This document shows positions 24,589 to 33,702 of a DNA stretch of 64,000 nt, piece by piece; position 1 is the first letter of the stretch; every line of letters begins with the position of its first letter. The stretch is from Escherichia phage DT57C. A program made the position numbers and the translations under genes. Under the pieces are notes generated by a model. That model did not search any database, was not told where the DNA came from, and saw only the letters and a program-made list of their open reading frames with translations. The stretch is from the sequence record NC_027356.1. One strand, 5' to 3'.

Positions 24589-26061
24589 ATGACCTTGTTT
24601 AACGTGCAAGCTGTAGTGTTGAAGATGCTTCTAGCTTCCGAACAGAAGCAAATAGCATTGGAAACATTCTCAAAACTGCATAAAGATCATTTTAATGACG
24701 CTTTCTCCTCAATTTACCAAGCCGTCCAGAATTATTATAAAAAGTATAACACAATGCCGTCCATTGACGCACTGATGCTTGAGGCTAATAGGAACGCCCG
24801 CCTTTCTCAAGCTCTAGTCGTTTTAGCTAACACTCAAATTCCAGAAGTTAGCATGGAACAGGCACTTGAAGTCCTAGAGGCCGAGTATACACAGGATTTA
24901 TTCCTGAAGCTTCTAGAAACAGACGTGCTTCAAGATTTAACAATGCTGGATCAGGGAGAAATTCTTAACCGAGTTGCCTCCCTTCACTTAAAATTAGAAG
25001 AGAAAGTAACGAATACTGGAAAAGTATTCAACGCAGATAACATGCGTATTTTCCAGAGAGAAGAAGATACCAAACTGAACTTAATCGCTCTTGGTATTTG
25101 TAATGAGTTCGACGCTCAAATTGGTTTAGCTCGCACAGAAACGTTACTGCTTGGTGGTTGGCGTGGTACTGGTAAATCCATTATCTGTTCAAACATACAG
25201 GTTCAGCAATATTTGAATGGAGATATTGCTCCATACTTCTCAATTGAGATGAAAGAACATGAAGTATTTAGACGTAATCTAGCTATGTTAGCTGGTGTAT
25301 CAGCACTAGCAATGCGTAATAATACTCTAGAAGGTGCAGCTCTGTTGAGATTAGCCAGAACTAGAGCTAGGATGTTTAACGGTGGTGAAGAGCTTTTCGA
25401 TAACTTCGTTAAACAGTATACAATGGCTAAGATGTGTGATTTCTACGATATGGAAAGTAAGCTAATAGAAGGGTATGAGCTACATACTCCTATGATTATT
25501 GTTTATGATCCTGAGCTGTCTATTACAACAGTTGACGTAGAATTAAATAAATTAGTTGCTAGATATGGGGATAAAGTTACAGTAGCTTTACTAGACTATA
25601 TTAACCAAACCCGACTTCCAGACTCTAAAACCATTGATATGTATGACTGGAAAGAACAGATGGTTGTTAGCTCGTCTTTCAAATCTATCTGCCAGAAACA
25701 TAACGTGGCTGGTGTAGCTCCTTACCAGATCGATCAAGATGGTAGAACACGTATGTCGAAGGGGATTCTTGATTCCGCAGACATGGCTGCTAATCTTAAT
25801 GCTGCAAAAGCTGATAATGGTCAAGGTGCTATTATGTTTGACTTCGTTAAGACTCGGTCTTCTGATAGCGTGAAGTTTATGCCTAAAATGAACTGGGAAA
25901 CCCTGCGGATGGATAACACTACCAACCTAGCAATGGAAGATATATCTCAAATGGAAGCTGAGTTCGTTATCCCTATTGAGAAGGATAAGCCGGCTCAATC
26001 TAAACGTGCTAAGAAAGACAAAGCTGAAAATTCAACAGGTGAACAGGCCAGCGATATATGA
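24589..26061 (+). CDS. DnaB-family replicative helicase (RecA-like domain)
   Basis: Walker A GGWRGTGKS and DnaB-like VALLDYINQ motif. ATG at 24589 preferred because the track's ATG at 24538 lies in the terminator loop. Confidence 0.7.
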   Translation: MTLFNVQAVVLKMLLASEQKQIALETFSKLHKDHFNDAFSSIYQAVQNYYKKYNTMPSIDALMLEANRNARLSQALVVLANTQIPEVSMEQALEVLEAEYTQDLFLKLLETDVLQDLTMLDQGEILNRVASLHLKLEEKVTNTGKVFNADNMRIFQREEDTKLNLIALGICNEFDAQIGLARTETLLLGGWRGTGKSIICSNIQVQQYLNGDIAPYFSIEMKEHEVFRRNLAMLAGVSALAMRNNTLEGAALLRLARTRARMFNGGEELFDNFVKQYTMAKMCDFYDMESKLIEGYELHTPMIIVYDPELSITTVDVELNKLVARYGDKVTVALLDYINQTRLPDSKTIDMYDWKEQMVVSSSFKSICQKHNVAGVAPYQIDQDGRTRMSKGILDSADMAANLNAAKADNGQGAIMFDFVKTRSSDSVKFMPKMNWETLRMDNTTNLAMEDISQMEAEFVIPIEKDKPAQSKRAKKDKAENSTGEQASDI

Positions 26062-26948
26062 GTAGAATAACAGAACTACTTGATCTGAAAGGCATTGAGT
26101 ATAAAGACACAGGTGGGGACATCCTCATCTGTTGTCTCAACCCAGATCATGACGATAAACACCCAAGTTTGCGTATTGACCCTGAAACAGGTATTATGCA
26201 CTGCTTGAGTTGTGGCTTCGGTAAAGGTATACCGAGCATTTACCATTATTTTAATGAGACTCAGTACCGACAGTCCCCAAGACTATCCCAAGTACGTAAA
26301 AAGATTTCAGAGATTAGAAATGGATCTACAAATCTTGCAATCCCAGAATCTGCTTTTCTTTTTGAAGGTGATTTCCGGGGTATCAGTTCTAAGACCTTAA
26401 AGAAATATTTTGCTTTCCAACACCAAGAGGACTGGGAGGGCAGAATTGTATTCCCAATCACAGATGCTGTTGGACGCAATATCCTATTTTTGGGTCGTTC
26501 TATAAACAGTTCTGCCCCTCCTAAATACTTAGTAAAACCAAAACAAGTTTCACCACCAATTTTCCCTGTACGATATAATACTCCAGTTCTTATTCTAGTT
26601 GAAGGCATCTTTGATATGCTGAAGCTAGAGGATAATGGTATAGACTATGCTTCCTGCTGCTTTGGTACACATCAGTTTACTTCTGATAACATTGCAGATA
26701 AGTTCAGTCCTTATATTATTGCCGGCGTAAAAGTTGTTGTTATCTTACTAGATAATGATGCTTCTGGTAATAAAGCTGCACAAGCACTGGCCAAGCTAAT
26801 TCGTACAAAAACACGTTTAACACCTGTAGTTGCTAACTTTCTTCTGCCTGAAGGTAAAGACCCTGGTGACTTAAATAAAGAAGAAGTCGATACGTTAGCA
26901 AAACGTATTGAAATTTTAGTTGCTGAATCACTTAAAGATTTGGTATAA
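26058..26948 (+). CDS. DNA primase (DnaG-like zinc-binding + Toprim)
   Basis: CHC2-type zinc finger CCLNPDHDDKHPS...HCLSCGFGKG; Toprim-like EG.FD and acidic DNDASG region. Confidence 0.75.
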   Translation: MSRITELLDLKGIEYKDTGGDILICCLNPDHDDKHPSLRIDPETGIMHCLSCGFGKGIPSIYHYFNETQYRQSPRLSQVRKKISEIRNGSTNLAIPESAFLFEGDFRGISSKTLKKYFAFQHQEDWEGRIVFPITDAVGRNILFLGRSINSSAPPKYLVKPKQVSPPIFPVRYNTPVLILVEGIFDMLKLEDNGIDYASCCFGTHQFTSDNIADKFSPYIIAGVKVVVILLDNDASGNKAAQALAKLIRTKTRLTPVVANFLLPEGKDPGDLNKEEVDTLAKRIEILVAESLKDLV

Positions 26949-27010
26949 TATATTGGTAAGTTAGAGAAGAAACACTGAAGTTATACTTACTTACCAAGAG
27001 GAGATTAAAT

Positions 27011-29578
27011 TTGAAAATCGCAGTAGTTGATAAAGCTCTAAACAACACTCGTTACGATAAACATTTCCAGCTATACGGCGAGGAAGTTGATGTATTCCAT
27101 ATGTGTAACGAGAAGTTGTCCGGTCGTTTGCTCAAAAAGCATATTACTATCGGGACCCCGGAAAACCCATTTGACCCGAATGATTATGATTTTGTTATAC
27201 TGGTAGGTGCCGAACCTTTCCTGTACTTTGCGGGTAAGAAAGGTATTGGTGATTATACTGGTAAACGTGTAGAGTATAATGGATATGCTAACTGGATTGC
27301 TAGTATCAGCCCAGCCCAGCTACACTTTAAACCTGAAATGAAACCAGTTTTTGATGCAACAGTAGAGAATATCCACGATATTATCAATGGTCGTGAGAAG
27401 ATTGCAAAAGCTGGTGATTACCGTCCTATTACTGACCCTGACAAGGCAGAAGAATATATCAAGATGGTGTATAATATGGTTATCGGACCTGTCGCATTCG
27501 ACTCCGAAACCTCAGCACTATACTGTCGAGATGGTTATCTGCTTGGTGTTTCTATGTCTCACCAAGAGTATCAGGGTGTATATATCGATTCTGATTGTCT
27601 CACAGAAGTTGCAGTATATTATCTCCAGAAAATTCTGGATAGTGAAAACCATACTATTGTTTTTCACAACTTGAAGTTTGATATGCACTTTTATAAGTAC
27701 CATCTGGGACTTACTTTTGATAAAGCACATAAAGAACACAGGCTCCATGATACCATGTTGCAGCATTATGTTCTAGATGAACGTCGTGGTACTCATGGCT
27801 TGAAATCTCTAGCAATGAAGTATACCGATATGGGTGACTATGACTTCGAACTAGATAAGTTCAAAGATGATTACTGCAAAGCACATAAAATCAAGAAAGA
27901 AGATTTCACCTATGATTTGATTCCATTTGATATTATGTGGCCTTACGCTGCAAAGGATACAGATGCTACCCTACGTTTACACAACTTCTTTTTACCAAAA
28001 ATTGAGAAGAATGAAAAACTTTGCAGTCTGTATTACGATGTTCTAATGCCTGGTTGTGTATTCCTACAGCGTGTCGAAGATCGTGGCGCACCTATCTCTA
28101 TTGATCGTTTGAAAGAAGCTCAGTATCAATTGACTCATAATTTGAATAAAGCCCGTGAGAAACTGTACACTTATCCAGAAGTTAAACAGCTAGAACAAGA
28201 TCAGAATGAAGCATTTAACCCGAACTCTGTTAAACAACTTCGTGTTCTTCTATTCGATTATGTTGGTTTGACTCCAACTGGTAAGTTAACGGATACTGGT
28301 GCAGATTCTACAAACGCAGAAGCTCTGAATGAACTGGCAACCCAGCATCCGATTGCTAAAACTCTTCTAGAGATTCGTAAGCTGACTAAGCTGATCTCTA
28401 CTTATGTTGAGAAGATTCTACTGAGTATTGATGCAGATGGTTGCATTCGTACTGGTTTCCATGAACATATGACTACTTCTGGTCGTCTGAGTTCTTCTGG
28501 TAAACTGAACCTGCAACAGTTACCACGTGATGAATCTATCATTAAGGGTTGTGTAGTTGCACCACCTGGATACCGTGTAATCGCATGGGACTTAACAACT
28601 GCGGAAGTTTATTATGCTGCTGTTCTATCTGGTGATAGAAATATGCAACAAGTATTTATTAATATGAGAAATGAACCTGATAAATACCCTGACTTCCACT
28701 CTAACATCGCTCACATGGTATTTAAATTGCAATGTGAACCTCGTGATGTTAAAAAGTTATTCCCAGCTCTGCGTCAAGCAGCTAAGGCAATTACCTTTGG
28801 TATTTTGTACGGTTCTGGCCCGGCTAAAGTAGCACATTCTGTTAACGAAGCATTGCTAGAACAAGCAGCCAAAACTGGGGAACCATTTGTTGAATGTACT
28901 GTTGCAGATGCTAAAGAGTACATTGAGACTTACTTTGGTCAATTCCCACAGCTTAAGCGTTGGATTGATAAGTGCCACGATCAGATCAAGAATCATGGAT
29001 TTATCTATAGTCACTTTGGTCGTAAACGTCGTCTGCATAATATCCACTCCGAAGACCGTGGTGTTCAGGGTGAAGAAATCCGTTCTGGATTTAACGCAAT
29101 CATTCAGTCTGCTTCTTCTGATAGTCTCCTTTTAGGTGCTGTAGATGCAGATAATGAGATCATTTCTCTTGGCCTAGAACAAGAGATGAAGATTGTTATG
29201 CTGGTTCATGACTCCGTAGTTGCTATTGTTCGTGAAGACTTGATTGATCAATACAATGAAATCCTGATTCGTAATATTCAGAAAGACCGTGGTATCAGTA
29301 TTCCTGGCTGTCCGATTGGTATTGATTCAGATTCTGAAGCTGGAGGTTCTCGTGACTATTCTTGTGGTAAGATGAAGAAACAGCACCCATCAATCGCTTG
29401 TATTGATGATGACGAATATACTCGTTACGTTAAAGAAATGCTTCTTGATTCTGAATTCGAGTATAAGAAATTAGCTGCAATGGATAAAGAGCATCCAGAC
29501 CACAGCAAGTACAAGGATGATAAGTTTATTGCTGTATGTAAAGATCTGGATAACGTGAAAAGGGTTCTCGGTGCTTAA
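27011..29578 (+). CDS. DNA polymerase, family A, with 3'-5' exonuclease domain
   Basis: 855 aa; exo motifs (FDSET, YHLG...D), PolA motifs (RQAAKAITFGILYG, LVHDS). TTG start at 27011 with GAGGAG RBS 7 nt upstream; no in-frame ATG nearby. Confidence 0.9.
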   Translation: MKIAVVDKALNNTRYDKHFQLYGEEVDVFHMCNEKLSGRLLKKHITIGTPENPFDPNDYDFVILVGAEPFLYFAGKKGIGDYTGKRVEYNGYANWIASISPAQLHFKPEMKPVFDATVENIHDIINGREKIAKAGDYRPITDPDKAEEYIKMVYNMVIGPVAFDSETSALYCRDGYLLGVSMSHQEYQGVYIDSDCLTEVAVYYLQKILDSENHTIVFHNLKFDMHFYKYHLGLTFDKAHKEHRLHDTMLQHYVLDERRGTHGLKSLAMKYTDMGDYDFELDKFKDDYCKAHKIKKEDFTYDLIPFDIMWPYAAKDTDATLRLHNFFLPKIEKNEKLCSLYYDVLMPGCVFLQRVEDRGAPISIDRLKEAQYQLTHNLNKAREKLYTYPEVKQLEQDQNEAFNPNSVKQLRVLLFDYVGLTPTGKLTDTGADSTNAEALNELATQHPIAKTLLEIRKLTKLISTYVEKILLSIDADGCIRTGFHEHMTTSGRLSSSGKLNLQQLPRDESIIKGCVVAPPGYRVIAWDLTTAEVYYAAVLSGDRNMQQVFINMRNEPDKYPDFHSNIAHMVFKLQCEPRDVKKLFPALRQAAKAITFGILYGSGPAKVAHSVNEALLEQAAKTGEPFVECTVADAKEYIETYFGQFPQLKRWIDKCHDQIKNHGFIYSHFGRKRRLHNIHSEDRGVQGEEIRSGFNAIIQSASSDSLLLGAVDADNEIISLGLEQEMKIVMLVHDSVVAIVREDLIDQYNEILIRNIQKDRGISIPGCPIGIDSDSEAGGSRDYSCGKMKKQHPSIACIDDDEYTRYVKEMLLDSEFEYKKLAAMDKEHPDHSKYKDDKFIAVCKDLDNVKRVLGA

Positions 29579-30068
29579 TTTCAAATTGCCCGTCTATGCG
29601 TTACGGGCGTTTGTATCAATTGAGCAAGAAGGTGATTATTCCGTAATTACAACAAGATATAATAAATATGTGCTAGATAACAGGAAGTTGCCTGGCACGT
29701 TTTCTCAACGTAGGCTTATTCTATTTGAGAAACGGAAAGAATTACCATATAAGCTCTATCCTATTAGAGGTAGAATATCAATGTTGTCTCAATTAGTTGG
29801 GTCAAAGCGTAACCAATTTGTAGATTCTGATGGAAATCTTATTAATTGGAAGAAAACTACGTTCTATGATGTTGTCACCTCTAAAGTTTTGCATTCAGCT
29901 AGAATTTACAATGGAAAATACCAATGCTATGTGGCTAAAGTCCCTTATCCATTTGTATTATCCTATGTTCCAGCTTATATAAGCTATATTCTGGTAAATA
30001 ATAGCCCTGTTATTTATCAAGTCCATCAAGAGGAGCCTGAAATTCCTAGACTTAGAATAAAATTATGA
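29571..30068 (+). CDS. hypothetical protein (165 aa)
   Basis: ORF overlapping the polymerase stop and helicase start. Confidence 0.5.
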   Translation: MLNFKLPVYALRAFVSIEQEGDYSVITTRYNKYVLDNRKLPGTFSQRRLILFEKRKELPYKLYPIRGRISMLSQLVGSKRNQFVDSDGNLINWKKTTFYDVVTSKVLHSARIYNGKYQCYVAKVPYPFVLSYVPAYISYILVNNSPVIYQVHQEEPEIPRLRIKL

Positions 30069-31417
30069 AGGTTGTTATATCTAATAAAGCCTATTTCAAG
30101 CCCGATGATGAACTTTGGGATTATTGTAGTAAGCAAACCACTTACCACATAGAGACAATGACTAGTAAATACCCTATTATGTATAAGAATAGTGGTGTTG
30201 TTGCCAAAGAGATTAAGTGGATTCCTATTACACGTCTGGATTTACTAGATGCTAAAGGAATAAAATACGAATTAGTTGATAAACGCACGTTAGCTCCGGT
30301 AGATATACCAAAACCGTCGTTTAAACTGCGTGAAGAAGATCAGCTTCCAATATATGAAGAATGCGATGATACCTGCATTATTAATGGTAAGCCTGGGTTT
30401 GGTAAAACTATCCTAGCCCTTGCACTTGCGTATAAATTTGGCCAGAAAACTTTGGTAATCTGTACGAATACATCCATTCGTGAAATGTGGGCAGCAGAAG
30501 TTCGTAAATGGTTTGGGTTTGAACCGGGCATCATAGGTTCTGGGAAATACAATATCGATCCACCAATTGTAGTCAGTAATATTCAAACAGTGAATAAACA
30601 TGCGAATAATCTTTCTAAAGTATTCGGTACTGTTATAGTTGATGAAGTTCACCATTGTGTGGCTACAACTTTCACTAACTTCCTAGAAATATCATGTGCT
30701 CGCTATAAAATTGGACTATCTGGTACGTTAAAACGTAAGGATGGCTTGCAAGTTATGTTCAAAGATTTCTTTGGATATAAAATATTTAGCCCGCCGGTTA
30801 ATAATACTGTTGCACCTACAATCCATAGGTACTCCGTACCAGTTGAATTGTCTGGAAACCAAAACGTACCGTGGGCATTACGTGCTAACGATGTGTATAA
30901 CCACCCTGAATATCGAGGAGCTATTATAAACCTAGCACATTTATATGTGAATATGGGACATAAAGTACTCATTGTAAGTGATAGAACAGAGTTAATCCAA
31001 ACAGTACTAGAAGCTCTTACGCAGCGGGGTGTCACAACATATGAAATTATAGGGGCAACCCACTTAGATGACCGATTAAAAATTCAGGAAGATATAGCAA
31101 AAGGTGGGCCTTGTGTACTTGCAGCAGCTCAAAGTATCTTCTCTGAGGGTATTTCCCTTAATGAGCTATCTTGTTTAATAATGGGAAGCCTCATTAATAA
31201 TGAATCTCTCATTGAACAGCTTGCAGGCCGTGTTCAACGTATTGTCGAGGGTAAACTCGACCCTATTGTTGTAGATCTAATTATGAAGGGTGGCACTGGG
31301 CTAAGACAGGCTTCTGGACGTATGGCAGTATATCGTAACAACGGGTGGAAAACTATTACTATGACTCCAGAGAAAGCAGTTCAATTAGCTAAAATTGCAT
31401 TTGGCAACAGCTCATAA
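30065..31417 (+). CDS. SF2 DNA helicase (DExH-box)
   Basis: Walker A GKPGFGKT, motif II VDEVHH, C-terminal helicase domain. Confidence 0.8.
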   Translation: MKVVISNKAYFKPDDELWDYCSKQTTYHIETMTSKYPIMYKNSGVVAKEIKWIPITRLDLLDAKGIKYELVDKRTLAPVDIPKPSFKLREEDQLPIYEECDDTCIINGKPGFGKTILALALAYKFGQKTLVICTNTSIREMWAAEVRKWFGFEPGIIGSGKYNIDPPIVVSNIQTVNKHANNLSKVFGTVIVDEVHHCVATTFTNFLEISCARYKIGLSGTLKRKDGLQVMFKDFFGYKIFSPPVNNTVAPTIHRYSVPVELSGNQNVPWALRANDVYNHPEYRGAIINLAHLYVNMGHKVLIVSDRTELIQTVLEALTQRGVTTYEIIGATHLDDRLKIQEDIAKGGPCVLAAAQSIFSEGISLNELSCLIMGSLINNESLIEQLAGRVQRIVEGKLDPIVVDLIMKGGTGLRQASGRMAVYRNNGWKTITMTPEKAVQLAKIAFGNSS

Positions 31418-31429
31418 ATGATGTATAAT
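31401..31429 (+). promoter_or_regulatory. sigma70-type promoter (TTGGCA, 17 bp, TATAAT)
   Basis: Overlaps the helicase 3' end; conserved leader follows. Confidence 0.45.
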
Positions 31430-31500
31430 ATATACATAAATTTGAGAGAGAAAGTTTCGGATTGATAAGAAAGTCCGAAGCAGAAAAATAAAAATTTTAG

Positions 31501-31530
31501 TTGCTAAATTCTCTCGAAATCTAGTATAAT
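31501..31530 (+). promoter_or_regulatory. sigma70-type promoter (TTGCTA, 18 bp, TATAAT)
   Basis: Second of two tandem promoters upstream of 31638/31915. Confidence 0.5.
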
Positions 31531-31637
31531 ATATACATAAATTCGAGGAGAAAACAAAAATTAAATTCTTCGATTATGAAAGGCTATATTTACTAGCTAG
31601 AGGAAATTCCGACCTAATTATTAAGCTATTCAAAAGA

Positions 31638-31922
31638 ATGCTTACAGAGCCTGATGCTCACCAATTATTGGTCGGTTCCTCATTCATTTTGAATGAATCA
31701 ACAATAGTTGATAATCCAAATAAATTGTCTAATAGACAACTGGCAGAATATCTAGGAATTTTAAGTCTACGAAATTATGCCGAATACAAGTTTACAAACG
31801 ATCCTAGTTTGGACATACAATATGTTCCAGTATGGATACCACGTTTAGTAATCGACACTAACCCACTAATCGCAATTAACAAATCGAAATTAATCTTTAA
31901 AGAGGAAATAAAATATGGCTAA
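31638..31922 (+). CDS. hypothetical protein (94 aa), weak
   Basis: ORF without a recognisable RBS. Confidence 0.3.
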   Translation: MLTEPDAHQLLVGSSFILNESTIVDNPNKLSNRQLAEYLGILSLRNYAEYKFTNDPSLDIQYVPVWIPRLVIDTNPLIAINKSKLIFKEEIKYG

Positions 31923-32688
31923 GTCTTGGGGCGAAACTACTGGCGGTTCTAACGATAAAATCGAATTCCTGAAGTTCAACAACGGTATCACTCGTGTTCG
32001 TATCGTTTCTGGTGTTCTTCCACGTTATGTCTATTGGCTGACTAATAAAGAGGGTGGCGTAGCTCCTTTCGAATGTCTCCGTTTTAACCGTGACAAAGAG
32101 AGTTTTGTTCGTGGTAAAGCTGATCCGGTTCATGAGATGGGCTTCTTTGAGAAAGAGCTGGATAAAGATGGTAATCGTGTTCCACTGAAACCGAAGAAAA
32201 ACTATATCGCTTTTGTTATCGACCGTTCTGATAACAAACTGAAAGTAATGGAAGTCAAAGCTACTATTCTGAAAGGCATCCAGTCTATCATGAAGCAGTT
32301 GAATCTGGCAACCCCGTTTGATATTGATATTTCTATCGAGAAAAAAGGCAAGGGTTTCGATACTGAGTATGATGTACAGCAGATTGCTGCTATGCAGTTC
32401 CAGATTAAGCTGCAAGATCCTAACAGTGCAGAATCTAAGCAATATGCTGCGGATGTAGATCTGATTGGTGAAGCTATGTGTGATGAAGATGGCGACATCA
32501 TTAAGTTCGAAAAAGTTCCTTCCCTGGAACAAACCTATCCGGTTCCTACCTATGAAGAGCAGAAAGAAGCAATTCAAGCCTTCATGGAAGGTCGTGAGAA
32601 TAAAGATGATGATGCCAAATCTGGTAACAGCAATGCTGGTTCCCAGAAAGGTATTGACCAAGAAGCTGCAAGCGATCTGGACGACTAA
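31915..32688 (+). CDS. putative DNA-binding protein with acidic C-terminal tail (SSB-like), highly expressed
   Basis: GAGGA RBS; strongly host-optimised codons; acidic C-terminus (DQEAASDLDD); terminator follows. Confidence 0.6.
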   Translation: MAKSWGETTGGSNDKIEFLKFNNGITRVRIVSGVLPRYVYWLTNKEGGVAPFECLRFNRDKESFVRGKADPVHEMGFFEKELDKDGNRVPLKPKKNYIAFVIDRSDNKLKVMEVKATILKGIQSIMKQLNLATPFDIDISIEKKGKGFDTEYDVQQIAAMQFQIKLQDPNSAESKQYAADVDLIGEAMCDEDGDIIKFEKVPSLEQTYPVPTYEEQKEAIQAFMEGRENKDDDAKSGNSNAGSQKGIDQEAASDLDD

Positions 32689-32693
32689 TAAAT

Positions 32694-32720
32694 AGAGGGG
32701 CTTCGGCCCCTTTCTTTTTA
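32694..32720 (+). terminator. rho-independent terminator
   Basis: Hairpin gaggggc-ttcg-gcccct then ttcttttt. Confidence 0.6.
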
Positions 32721-32724
32721 ACTT

Positions 32725-33702
32725 ATGAGAATATTATTTAGTGCTGATCATCATATCAAACTAGGGCAAGATAAAATCCCCAAAGAATGGCAGAAGCGTC
32801 GCTTCCTGATGCTAGGAGAACGGTTAAATGATATATTCCATAATCATAACTGTGATTTGCATATTATTGGTGGTGATTTATTTGATCATTCCGACCCGTC
32901 GTCAGAAGAAATAGAACTGCTTGAACAGTTTATGTCAAGACTTGACCATCCCGGCAAAATCTTTACTGGAAATCATGAAATGTTAACTAAAACCATTTCG
33001 TGTCTATATCATTATGCGGGAGTTATTAATAAAGTAACTAGTGGGAAGTGGGAAGTAATTACCAAACCATATCGTTCCCCTGAATTTGATATTGTTCCAT
33101 ATGATGAGATTCATAAACCCAAGTGGAAACCTGCTGAATCAAAACTATGTTTCACGCATGTTCGTGGTGAAATCCCTCCACATGTAAAACCAGAAATTGA
33201 TCTAACTAAGTACAACTGTTATGATACTGTAATTGCTGGCGATTTACACTCTTATACTAATAGCCAGACTATCGGATCTACCAGACTTCTCTACCCAGGG
33301 TCTCCATTAACTACATCGTTCCATAGAGAACGCACAAAAGGTACAAATGGTTGCTTTATCATTGATACCGACACATTAAAAGTAGAATGGATTGAACTAG
33401 GTGATTTACCACAACTGATTCGTAAAACAATCGGAGCAGGTGAAGAGATGGAACCTAGTGATTATGATCGTGTAGTCTACGAAGTTACTGGTGACGTTGT
33501 TCAATTAAAGTCTATCAAAGACTCTGATTTATTAGATAAGAAGATTAACCATCGAGTTACTAAAGACGCTAAGTTAAATCTTGTTGATCTTGATATGTTA
33601 GGTGAACTTGAACTTTACTTCCGTGAAGTCGAGAAGCTATCTCAAGGCGACATTGATAGAATCTTGGCTAGAGCTGCGAAATATGTCAAAGATTACAATT
33701 AA
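32725..33702 (+). CDS. Mre11/SbcD-like metallophosphoesterase nuclease
   Basis: Calcineurin-like motifs: SADHH (N-term), IGGDLFDH, TGNHE. Confidence 0.85.
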   Translation: MRILFSADHHIKLGQDKIPKEWQKRRFLMLGERLNDIFHNHNCDLHIIGGDLFDHSDPSSEEIELLEQFMSRLDHPGKIFTGNHEMLTKTISCLYHYAGVINKVTSGKWEVITKPYRSPEFDIVPYDEIHKPKWKPAESKLCFTHVRGEIPPHVKPEIDLTKYNCYDTVIAGDLHSYTNSQTIGSTRLLYPGSPLTTSFHRERTKGTNGCFIIDTDTLKVEWIELGDLPQLIRKTIGAGEEMEPSDYDRVVYEVTGDVVQLKSIKDSDLLDKKINHRVTKDAKLNLVDLDMLGELELYFREVEKLSQGDIDRILARAAKYVKDYN

